Source: Undibacterium sp.
GTDB taxonomy: Bacteria; Pseudomonadota; Gammaproteobacteria; Burkholderiales; Burkholderiaceae_D
Assembly: GCA_030645915.1 (NCBI GenBank)
Contig: JAUSNO010000004.1
Coordinates: 5,269-69,268, forward strand
Reading direction: 5' to 3'
DNA length: 64,000 nt
Made by a program: the position numbers and the translations under genes. The notes beneath the pieces were generated by a model, which saw only the letters and a list, made by a program, of their open reading frames with translations, did not search any database and was not told the origin of the DNA. Positions 40,152 to 48,477 of the stretch are shown here, piece by piece (position 1 is the first letter of the stretch; each line of letters opens with the position of its first letter).

Positions 40152-40793
40152 CTACTCGGGTTTGCGGCGACGCGTTGCAAGCAAGCCTGCAATCCCTAGC
40201 CCCAACAGAGCCAAAGATGCTGGTTCCGGGACATCATTACGTGCAAACCGATCAGACAGACGTGCATAGTCAAAACCATAAAAATCTACCGAATTCGCCC
40301 TATCTATCGTGATGACTAATTGTTGTGTACTGTTGATCAGATCGAGAACGTTCTGGTCGAGATCGAAGAAACGAACTTTGGTCGTCGGAAAGCCGTCATT
40401 AAATGCCCAGTTCTGAATAATACCGTTGAACGTCACGGTAACAGCACCAAAAGTGGACGCTTGAAAATCGGCCATATCAAACCACATTGAACCTTGAGTC
40501 CAGGCATTGCCGAGACCTGAGAAAGTAAACGTCGCTACAGTTCCAGGCTGTGGGCCATATCCGGGATGGGTAGTGCTGTAGGTATCTGTGTACTGCGCAC
40601 CATTAGTGGCAGCAACTTCGGCAGCACTACGACCATCGTAATTTGCGGTAAAACCATTAAAAGTATGGTTGGCGTTGTCGGGAATCCCCATACCGTACCC
40701 ATCATTGTCTCCGATCCACCATTCCGTTGCGGAAGCGGAGCCCATAGTCAAAGCCAATGTGCTGATGGCCAGTATTGTGCGTATCTTCATCAT
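40152..40793 (-). CDS. PEP-CTERM sorting-domain secreted protein
   Basis: C-terminal VPEPASLALLGLGIAGLLATRRRK (PEP motif + TM + Arg cluster). Signal peptide MMKIRTILAISTLALTMGSASA. An AGGAGAA Shine-Dalgarno lies before the ATG at 40793. AT-rich relative to its flanks. Confidence 0.8.
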   Translation of the reverse strand: MMKIRTILAISTLALTMGSASATEWWIGDNDGYGMGIPDNANHTFNGFTANYDGRSAAEVAATNGAQYTDTYSTTHPGYGPQPGTVATFTFSGLGNAWTQGSMWFDMADFQASTFGAVTVTFNGIIQNWAFNDGFPTTKVRFFDLDQNVLDLINSTQQLVITIDRANSVDFYGFDYARLSDRFARNDVPEPASLALLGLGIAGLLATRRRKPE

Positions 40794-41052
40794 GTTTCTC
40801 CTGAAAAAAGTCGTTTGGTCGCTGTATGTAGGACTTTGCGGTTCTTCCATAACAGACCATCGGAGAAAGCATTTTTTGTGCCAAATAGTACTTAATTGAC
40901 AATAATCATTGCTGGGCAAGGGTTTGCTGGCAATGTGGAGATTGCAAATTCCGATTCCAGATGGCAATTGGTAAGAAAAACCGACGGATAAATACATGCT
41001 CCTCACTTTTGCAACATGCAACTATTGTAAAAGTGAGAAGCGACTTACTCGC

Positions 41053-41718
41053 TCACGTTTGAGTTGCCAGATTCAGCACCGCCGTACGCAACGCCGCGTG
41101 TACCGCATCCACCTCAGCGCGCGCTGTACTCTTATGCAGGCGAAACAGCATCAAACCCTCGACCTGCGCGACGATGAGTATCGCGCGCAGCTTGGCTTGC
41201 TCGTCTGAAATATCGGGCGACATGCCCTGTATCAATTTGAAGATGGATTTTCTTTCGCGCGCCAGCATTTTATCCATCAGGGCCGAAGCGAAATCATTGC
41301 GCCCGGCGAGCGCCCAGATTTCAAAAAACACCCCATGCGTAACCGGATCGTTGAGCTCGTCGAGAAACATGTCGATAGTCGAATTAAGCTGAGCTATGCG
41401 CGATGCGGCATTCATCGTTTTGGCGATATTGTCGATCTTGCTCTGGAAGGTATTCATGGTGAATAACAGCATGGCCTCGATCAGCAGGTCTTTGCTTTGG
41501 TAGTAATGCTGCACATTGCTTAAGCTCATGCCTACTTCAGCCGCCAATCGACGCATGGACAAGCCCGCGTAGCCTTCGGCGGCAAAGATCAGCCGCGCCG
41601 CCTGCAAGATTTGCTGGGCGCGCTCTATGCCTTTTTCAGTGGTGACTGAAGATTTACTTTTGAGGGAACTGGGTACGGTTGTCGGCATCGGTGATAAAAA
41701 ATGAGAAAAGCGGAGCAT
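41053..41718 (-). CDS. TetR-family transcriptional regulator
   Basis: HTH AAEGYAGLSMRRLAAEVGMSLSNVQHYY. The start is ambiguous (41718 or 41688). Confidence 0.85.
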   Translation of the reverse strand: MLRFSHFLSPMPTTVPSSLKSKSSVTTEKGIERAQQILQAARLIFAAEGYAGLSMRRLAAEVGMSLSNVQHYYQSKDLLIEAMLLFTMNTFQSKIDNIAKTMNAASRIAQLNSTIDMFLDELNDPVTHGVFFEIWALAGRNDFASALMDKMLARERKSIFKLIQGMSPDISDEQAKLRAILIVAQVEGLMLFRLHKSTARAEVDAVHAALRTAVLNLATQT

Positions 41719-41747
41719 GATCAGATGTTGAAATTATCCCACAGCTA

Positions 41748-41801
41748 TTGACAAATAGGTCAGTCGACCTATAATTTATGTTCTTTAGGTCGACTGACCT
41801 A
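41748..41801 (+). promoter_or_regulatory. near-consensus sigma70-type promoter overlapped by two inverted copies of a 16-bp operator
   Basis: TTGACA (41748-41753), a 16-nt spacer, TATAAT (41770-41775). TAGGTCAGTCGACCTA at 41756-41771 has its exact reverse complement, TAGGTCGACTGACCTA, at 41786-41801. Lies upstream of the thiolase gene and divergent from the TetR gene. Confidence 0.55.
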
Positions 41802-41824
41802 TTTTTGATGGCAATCAGGAGTCC

Positions 41825-43012
41825 GTGATGAGTTCTAAAGTAGTTGTATCTGGCGTGGGCATGATCCCTTTCACCAAAGCGGGCACCGGCGCGCCGTATG
41901 ACCAGATGGGCGCTGAAGCTGGCCGCATGGCATTGGCGGACGCCGGCATCAGTTACGACGATATCGAGCAAGCTTATGCAGGCTATGTGTATGGCGACTC
42001 GACCAGCGGTCAAAAGGCCTTATATCAAATCGGCATGACCGGCATCCCTGTGATCAATGTCAACAATAACTGCTCCACCGGCTCTACCGCCCTGTTTCTG
42101 GCACGCCAGGCGATTGCCAGCGGCGCCGTGGATTGCGTGCTGGTGCTGGGTTTTGAGCAGATGAACCCGGGTGCCTTGGGTTCGATATTTCAGGATCGTC
42201 CAAGTCCGTTTGACGCCTTTGATGCCGTCACCGACAAGCTGGTCGGTATGCCGCAGATACCGCTGGCGCTGCGCTACTTTGGCGGTGCGGGTCTGGCACA
42301 TATGGAAAAATACGGCACACCGCTGGAGGCTTTCGCCAAGATCCGCGCCAAGGCCAGCCGCCACGCCGCGAATAATCCGCTGGCCTTGTTCAAGCAGGTT
42401 GTGACTGCCGAGGATGTGATGAATTCCACCATGATCTGGCCAGGCGTGATGACCAAGCTGATGGCGTGCCCGCCCACTTGCGGCGCGGCCGCGGCGGTGC
42501 TGGTCTCCGAGAGTTTTGCCAAGGCCAGGGGCTTGAATACCTCGGTGTATATCGCGGCACAGGCCATGACTACCGACCGGCCTGGCACCTTCGATTCCGG
42601 CGACATGATGCAGCTGGTTGGCTACGACATGAGCAAGCAGGCGGCGGCCAAGGTGTATCAGGAAAGCGGTTTGGGCCCGGACGATCTCGATGTGGTCGAA
42701 CTGCACGATTGTTTTGCCCAGAACGAATTGATCACTTATGAAGCTTTGGGTCTATGCCCTGAAGGCGGCGCCGACAAGTTCATCAACGATGGCGATAACA
42801 CTTACGGCGGCAAAGTCGTGACGAATCCTTCGGGCGGCTTGCTCTCAAAAGGACATCCGCTGGGCGCAACCGGCCTGGCGCAATGCTTCGAGCTGACCCA
42901 CCAGTTGCGCGGCACGGCGGGCGCCCGTCAGGTAGCCGGTGCGCAAGTTGGCCTGCAACATAATCTGGGCCTGGGCGGCGCTTGCGTGGTCACGATGTAC
43001 CGCGCGGCATAA
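41825..43012 (+). CDS. SCPx-type thiolase / lipid-transfer protein (3-ketoacyl-CoA thiolase family)
   Basis: VNNNCSTGSTALFLARQAIASGAVDCVLVLGFEQM closely mirrors the SCPx thiolase active-site block. C-terminal GHPLGATG and NLGLGGA. An ATG at 41828 is an alternative to the GTG at 41825. Confidence 0.85.
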   Translation: MMSSKVVVSGVGMIPFTKAGTGAPYDQMGAEAGRMALADAGISYDDIEQAYAGYVYGDSTSGQKALYQIGMTGIPVINVNNNCSTGSTALFLARQAIASGAVDCVLVLGFEQMNPGALGSIFQDRPSPFDAFDAVTDKLVGMPQIPLALRYFGGAGLAHMEKYGTPLEAFAKIRAKASRHAANNPLALFKQVVTAEDVMNSTMIWPGVMTKLMACPPTCGAAAAVLVSESFAKARGLNTSVYIAAQAMTTDRPGTFDSGDMMQLVGYDMSKQAAAKVYQESGLGPDDLDVVELHDCFAQNELITYEALGLCPEGGADKFINDGDNTYGGKVVTNPSGGLLSKGHPLGATGLAQCFELTHQLRGTAGARQVAGAQVGLQHNLGLGGACVVTMYRAA

Positions 43013-43030
43013 TCGGATAAAGGAAAAAAT

Positions 43031-44173
43031 ATGCAATATCAATCAGCCTGGATTACACCGGAACTAGAGAGTTTCCGCGATACCGTGCGGCGCTTCATCG
43101 CCGCAGAAATTGTGCCGCATCAGGAAGCATGGAAACAGCAACAACATGTAGACCGCGCCGTATGGAACAAGGCCGGCGAGCTGGGTATTTTGCTGGCCGA
43201 TATCTCCGACGAGTACGGCGGATCAGGCGGCACGTTTGCGCATCAGTGTGTGGTGTTTGAAGAATTGGCTTACGCGGGCGACTCCTGCTTTGGCCTGCAT
43301 GTGCACGCCATCGTCGCGCATTATTTGCAGAATCAGGGCACGGCGGCACAGAAGGAAAAATATCTGCCGCTATTGGCCAGCGGCGCAATGGTGGCGGCGA
43401 TCGCCATGTCCGAGCCGGGTGCAGGATCTGACCTGAAAGGCATACGCAGCACCGCTGTTCGCGATGGCGACGCATATGTCCTGAATGGCTCCAAGACCTT
43501 CATCTCGAATGGCTATCTGGCCGACCTGATCGTGGTAGTCTGCAAGACTGACGCCGATGCCGGTGCGAAAGGCGTCTCTTTATTGCTGCTGGAAACCAAG
43601 GATTGCGCGGGCTACCGCATCGGCCGCATCCTGGAAAAAATCGGCCAGAAGGGTCAGGACACTTGCGAGCTGTTCTTCGATAATGTGCGCGTGCCTGTAG
43701 AGAATATTCTGGGCGGCGCCCCCGGCAAGGGCTTTTCGCAACTGATGACAGAATTACCGTATGAACGCACCATACTAGGCGTAGGCGGAGTCGCCGTGAT
43801 TGAGCGCGCCCTGCGCCTGACGGTAGAACATACCAAGGAAAGAAAAGCCTTCGGCCAGGCCTTGATAGAGATGCAGAACACGCGTTTTGTGCTGGCAGAA
43901 ATCAAGACCGAAGCCACCATCGCCCGCACCTTCATCGACCGCTGCATCGTCGATATGATGGAAGGCCGGATGGACGCAGAGCTGGCCTCAATGGCCAAGT
44001 ACTGGGTCTCGGATTTGCAATGCAAGGTCATCGACCAATGCCTGCAGTTATTTGGCGGTTACGGCTATATGCTGGAATACCCGATCGCGCAAATGTATGT
44101 CGATGCACGGGTACAAAAAATTTACGGCGGCGCGAATGAAATCATGAAAGAAATCATCGCCAGGTCTTTGTAA
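43031..44173 (+). CDS. acyl-CoA dehydrogenase
   Basis: AMSEPGAGSD, the FISNG region, and C-terminal IYGGANEIMKEIIARSL. Confidence 0.9.
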   Translation: MQYQSAWITPELESFRDTVRRFIAAEIVPHQEAWKQQQHVDRAVWNKAGELGILLADISDEYGGSGGTFAHQCVVFEELAYAGDSCFGLHVHAIVAHYLQNQGTAAQKEKYLPLLASGAMVAAIAMSEPGAGSDLKGIRSTAVRDGDAYVLNGSKTFISNGYLADLIVVVCKTDADAGAKGVSLLLLETKDCAGYRIGRILEKIGQKGQDTCELFFDNVRVPVENILGGAPGKGFSQLMTELPYERTILGVGGVAVIERALRLTVEHTKERKAFGQALIEMQNTRFVLAEIKTEATIARTFIDRCIVDMMEGRMDAELASMAKYWVSDLQCKVIDQCLQLFGGYGYMLEYPIAQMYVDARVQKIYGGANEIMKEIIARSL

Positions 44174-44180
44174 AAACCTT

Positions 44181-44246
44181 GTCCACGAAAAAAATCAATC
44201 GCACAGCAGAGGTTTTTCTTTCGTTTCTTTAGTGCTTTTCGTGGAC
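44181..44246. repeat. degenerate CACGAAA fold-back element (family B)
   Basis: GTCCACGAAAAAAATCAATCG...CTTTAGTGCTTTTCGTGGAC. Intercistronic between the acyl-CoA dehydrogenase and the racemase genes. Confidence 0.55.
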
Positions 44247-44284
44247 AGAATTGCTTTGCTCATTACTAAAGTAGGGAAAAATTT

Positions 44285-45436
44285 ATGGCCGGACCCTTAG
44301 CAGGAATTCGCGTAATAGAGATGGTCGGCCTGGGTCCTTGCCCTTTCGCTGCCATGATGTTGGCTGACATGGGTGCGGAAGTGATACGCATCGACAGAAA
44401 AGCGCTGGCCGGTGCAGTCAATCCCTTCCCCATGCTGGGCACCAAATTTGATGTCATGGCGCGTGGCCGCCGTTCGCTCGCGCTCGATCTGAAGCAAGAC
44501 CAGGCGCGCGAGGTCTTACTGCAATTGGTAGAGCAGGCCGACGTGCTGCTGGAAGGATTTCGCCCGGGAGTGATGGAACGGCTCGGCCTGGGGCCAGAGG
44601 TTTGTCAGGCGCGCAATGCCAGGCTGGTATTTGGCCGTATCACCGGCTGGGGCCAGACTGGCCCGCTGGCGCAAGCTGCCGGTCACGATATCAATTACAT
44701 CGCCCTCTCCGGCATGCTGCAGGCGATGGGGCGCGCCGATTCGCCACCGGCTCCGCCGCTCAATCTGGTCGGCGATTTTGGTGGCGGCGCGATGATGCTG
44801 GCTTTCGGTGTCTTGTGCGCTGTGCTGGAGGCAAAAAATTCCGGCAAAGGCCAGGTGGTCGATGCCGCTATGGTCGAGGGTTCCGCCTTGTTGGGGGCGA
44901 TGATTTACGGCTTTAAGGCGTTCGGTTCCTGGAGCGATCAGCGTGAAGCCAACCTGCTCGATGGCGGTGCGTATTTTTATGATACCTATGCCTGCGCCGA
45001 TGGCAAGTTCATTTCCATCGGCCCGATAGAGCCACAGTTTTATGCATTGTTATTGCGCCAGTGCGAGATCACCGATCCCGAGTTTGACGATCAGATGAAC
45101 ATGGAAAAGTGGCCAGCCTTAGGTGCAAAAATGGCGGCGATTTTCAAGACAAAATCGCAACAGGAATGGTGTGCCCTGATGGAAGGCACGGATGTCTGCT
45201 TTGCACCGGTACTGGATATGAGCGAAGCGCCGCAGCATCCGCACAATCAGGCGCGCAAGACATTTATTGAAATCGATGGCGTGACACAACCGGCACCGGC
45301 GCCGCGCTTTAGCCGCAGCACGCCAGAAGTCAGCGCGCCGCCAGCGCGGCCGGGGCAACATAGCGAGGCGATCCTGAAAGACTGGAACATCCCGGAACAA
45401 CTGATAGTAAGTCTTTTGGAAAAGAAGATTATTTAG
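44285..45436 (+). CDS. CaiB/BaiF family III CoA-transferase fold, alpha-methylacyl-CoA racemase-like
   Basis: [38 protein letters not shown] parallels the AMACR N-terminus. Also [11 protein letters not shown] and [11 protein letters not shown]. Confidence 0.85.
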   Translation: MAGPLAGIRVIEMVGLGPCPFAAMMLADMGAEVIRIDRKALAGAVNPFPMLGTKFDVMARGRRSLALDLKQDQAREVLLQLVEQADVLLEGFRPGVMERLGLGPEVCQARNARLVFGRITGWGQTGPLAQAAGHDINYIALSGMLQAMGRADSPPAPPLNLVGDFGGGAMMLAFGVLCAVLEAKNSGKGQVVDAAMVEGSALLGAMIYGFKAFGSWSDQREANLLDGGAYFYDTYACADGKFISIGPIEPQFYALLLRQCEITDPEFDDQMNMEKWPALGAKMAAIFKTKSQQEWCALMEGTDVCFAPVLDMSEAPQHPHNQARKTFIEIDGVTQPAPAPRFSRSTPEVSAPPARPGQHSEAILKDWNIPEQLIVSLLEKKII

Positions 45437-45478
45437 GTAAATAGGGCTACTGTTTTTTTTTGAATGATAATCAAAATT

Positions 45479-45516
45479 AAAGGCTTGCCGATTGTTGATG
45501 GCAAGCCTTTTTCTTC
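45479..45516. terminator. bidirectional rho-independent terminator between convergent genes
   Basis: AAAGGCTTGCC-GATTGTTGAT-GGCAAGCCTTT followed by TTCTTC on the plus strand. An AATTTTGATT run follows on the minus strand. Confidence 0.7.
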
Positions 45517-45555
45517 ATTGTTCTACGCAGAAAAAAACTCCGACGAATGACATTC

Positions 45556-46431
45556 CTACCACTTCATCTCGCCTTTATTCACCTTGGCGCCGATATCTAA
45601 GGCCAGACCCGGAGGAGCATCCGGGTAAGCCTTCTTCATGCTAGCGATGAGTTCCGCACTATTTTTTGAGGTGCCAGCGTTTTTTTCAAATGTCTGCAGA
45701 TACCTCTTTGTATATTGAATGGCGCTGATGTCTATCTTTGTTCCCGATTGCATGTGGCCCGGTATGACGACGCTGGGATTAAGCGCAGCCATTTCATCAA
45801 GCTGTGCCAGCCATGCTGCGCGCTCGGTAAGCGATTGGGTATCTGCAGTCCAGACATGTAGATTGCCAAATACGCCGATATTGCCAACGATCGCTTTCAG
45901 GGAAGGGATCCAGAGATAAGGGCGGTGCGCCAATATCCCTTGCTGGCCGTGAACTTCAATTTTTTCACCGTCTATGGTCAGCGTATTGCCTGTCATGACC
46001 TTTGGCAGCAGCGGAACTTTTGGCGCATTCGCCCCCATTTTCGGTGCCCAGAAGGCCATTTTCCCGGCGACTTTTGCGCTCAGTTTATCTAATACCGCCG
46101 CTGTGGCCAGCACTTCCGCCTGTGGAAAAATTTCTTTCAGGGTTTCTACGCCGAAGTAATAATCCGGGTCTGCCTGGCTGACAAAAATGATCTTGAGTTG
46201 CTTGCCGCTGTCGAGCACATTGGCGGCAATTCGCAAGGCATCGGCGCGGGTGAAGCCGGCATCAATCACCATCGCTTCTTTTTCACCATAGACCAGACTA
46301 GAGTTGACGTTAAAGCTGTTGCCATCGGCGTTATACACTTTTAATTGCAAAGGCTGGGCGGCTTGTGCGGTGGAAAAAGTGACAGCCAAAGTAGCGGCAA
46401 GGACAGTAGTACGAATCATGACGGGCTCCAA
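45556..46431 (-). CDS. exported MBL-fold-like protein (atypical metal motif)
   Basis: Signal-like N-terminus. Overall order (AMVIDAGF..., ...FVSQADPDYYFG..., ...VIPGHMQSG) resembles the metallo-beta-lactamase fold, but the HxHxDH position reads SQADPDYY. Confidence 0.5.
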   Translation of the reverse strand: MEPVMIRTTVLAATLAVTFSTAQAAQPLQLKVYNADGNSFNVNSSLVYGEKEAMVIDAGFTRADALRIAANVLDSGKQLKIIFVSQADPDYYFGVETLKEIFPQAEVLATAAVLDKLSAKVAGKMAFWAPKMGANAPKVPLLPKVMTGNTLTIDGEKIEVHGQQGILAHRPYLWIPSLKAIVGNIGVFGNLHVWTADTQSLTERAAWLAQLDEMAALNPSVVIPGHMQSGTKIDISAIQYTKRYLQTFEKNAGTSKNSAELIASMKKAYPDAPPGLALDIGAKVNKGEMKW

Positions 46432-46531
46432 TTTAATAGGTTGTTGAACAGAGAGAGCTCAGTGTAGTTGCATGTTCCGAGCAGATAAAGCGGATAAAAT
46501 GCCCATAACTATTTCAAATATCGAGCAAATC

Positions 46532-47422
46532 ATGGATAGATTGACTGCAATGCGGGTTTTTGCCGAGGTCGCCGCCAGTGGCAGCTTTAGTGCTACCGCT
46601 GACAAACTGGAGATGTCGCGCCCCATGGTGACGCGCTATATCGATACGCTGGAGCAGTGGCTGAAGGTGCGCCTGCTGCAGCGGACGACCCGTAGCGTGA
46701 CGCTCACCGATGCCGGCGAGCAATGCCTGCGGCGCAGCCGGCAGATGCTGACCCTGATGGAAAACGTAGAAGAAGAAACCGCCAGCCACGATGGCGAATT
46801 GCGCGGGCAGCTAAGGTTGACCTGCAGCATGTCGTTTGCTTATGCGCATCTGGTCGCTGCAGTGACGGACTTTCTGGCGCTACACCCGCAACTTAAGATT
46901 GACCTCAATGTCAGCGAAGGCAGTCTGAACCTGGTGGAGGCGCGCATTGATCTGGCGATACGGATCAGCAGCGAGCCAGATCCCATGCTGATCGCGCGCC
47001 CTTTGGCACGCTGCGATTCGGTGCTGGTAGCCTCGCCGGCCTACCTCAACGCACATGGCCAGCCGCACATGCCGGACGAGCTGACCGCGCACCGCTGCCT
47101 GAGTCATGTCAATTTTGGCAAAAGCATCTGGCGCTTTACGCGCAATGATGAATCAATGCAGGTGAGTGTCGCCAGTCATTTCAGCGCCAACGATACGATC
47201 ACCCTGCAGCAGGCGGTGCTGGCCGGAGGTGGGATTGCCCTGTTGCCGACTTACCTCGTCAACACCGACATCGCCCAGGGCGCCATGCAAGTCATCTTGC
47301 CAGAATGGGGCGTGCCGACGATGACGATTTATGCGCTGTTTCCTTCGCGCCGGCATCTTTCACCGGCGGTGCGGAGCCTGCTGGATTTTCTGGTTCAGCG
47401 ATTTTCGATTATTCCCTGGTAA
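46532..47422 (+). CDS. LysR-family transcriptional regulator
   Basis: MDRLTAMRVFAEVAASGSFSATADKLEMSRPMVTRYIDTLEQWL HTH plus a LysR substrate-binding domain. The start at 46532 is preferred over 46472. Confidence 0.9.
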   Translation: MDRLTAMRVFAEVAASGSFSATADKLEMSRPMVTRYIDTLEQWLKVRLLQRTTRSVTLTDAGEQCLRRSRQMLTLMENVEEETASHDGELRGQLRLTCSMSFAYAHLVAAVTDFLALHPQLKIDLNVSEGSLNLVEARIDLAIRISSEPDPMLIARPLARCDSVLVASPAYLNAHGQPHMPDELTAHRCLSHVNFGKSIWRFTRNDESMQVSVASHFSANDTITLQQAVLAGGGIALLPTYLVNTDIAQGAMQVILPEWGVPTMTIYALFPSRRHLSPAVRSLLDFLVQRFSIIPW

Positions 47423-47423
47423 A

Positions 47424-48413
47424 TCATGCTTCAGCTGCATTAATTTCCGCCGTGATTTGATACGAACGCAAACGTGCCGCATGATCAAAAATCTGTGAAG
47501 TGATCATCAGTTCATCGGCACCGGTACGTGCAATAAAATCCTGCAACTGGCGCTTCACTGTCGCGGCAGAACCGATGGCGGAACAGGGCAAGACCTGATC
47601 CAGCAAGGCATGCTCCTGCGGCCCTATCTTGCTCAGATAATCCGCCACCGGCGGCGGCAGACGCGCCGGACGGCCGCTGCGCAGATTGACAAAGGCTTGC
47701 TGCATCGACGTGGCGTTCAGCTTCGCTTCTTCATCGGTATCGGCCGCAAACACATTAAAGCCCAGCATCACATACGGCTTGGCCAGGCGTTTTGACGGCT
47801 GGAATGTGGCGCGATACAGGGCGATTGCCTGCATCATCTGCGCCGGAGCGAAATGCGAGGCGAAGGCGTACGACACACCCAGCGCCGCCGCCAGTTGTGC
47901 GCCAAACAGGCTCGATCCCAGGATCCAGATCGGTACGTTCAGGCCTGCGCCGGGGACGGCACGCACGGCGCGTTTTTGCTCGACTGAAAAGTAATCCATC
48001 AGCTCAAGCACATCTTGCGGGAACTGGTCCGCGTCCGATGCCAGATTACGCCGCAAGGCGCGTGCGGTGGTTTGGTCCGAACCGGGCGCACGCCCCAGAC
48101 CCAGATCAATACGCCCGGGAAACAGGGATTCCAGCGTACCAAATTGCTCGGCAATCACCAGCGGTGAATGGTTGGGTAGCATGATGCCGCCCGCACCCAC
48201 CCGGATTGTCGATGTGCCGGCCGCCACATGGCCGATCAGCACGGCGGTAGCGGCACTGGCGATGCCGGGCATGCCGTGGTGTTCCGCCAGCCAAAAGCGC
48301 TGGTAACCCCAGCGCTCGCCATGGCGGGCAAGGTCTAGCGTATTGCGAAATGACTGGGCGGCGTCGCTGCCTTCAAGGATGGGGGAGAGGTCGAGTATGG
48401 AGAAAGGTATCAT
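47424..48413 (-). CDS. LLM-class (luciferase-like) flavin-dependent oxidoreductase
   Basis: [12 protein letters not shown]...[20 protein letters not shown], typical of the YhbW/MsnO8-type LLM family. Confidence 0.85.
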   Translation of the reverse strand: MIPFSILDLSPILEGSDAAQSFRNTLDLARHGERWGYQRFWLAEHHGMPGIASAATAVLIGHVAAGTSTIRVGAGGIMLPNHSPLVIAEQFGTLESLFPGRIDLGLGRAPGSDQTTARALRRNLASDADQFPQDVLELMDYFSVEQKRAVRAVPGAGLNVPIWILGSSLFGAQLAAALGVSYAFASHFAPAQMMQAIALYRATFQPSKRLAKPYVMLGFNVFAADTDEEAKLNATSMQQAFVNLRSGRPARLPPPVADYLSKIGPQEHALLDQVLPCSAIGSAATVKRQLQDFIARTGADELMITSQIFDHAARLRSYQITAEINAAEA

Positions 48414-48477
48414 TGGTGCGTCATCGGTAGTTCAGGTCTGTTCATCATAGACCGACTTGACGATGCGCGCTGACGAT

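Noticed and set aside
47420-47426. Convergent LysR and LLM genes whose stop codons are separated by a single base, with no terminator between them.
   Set aside because: Tight convergent packing is common in compact bacterial genomes, and no further structure is visible.
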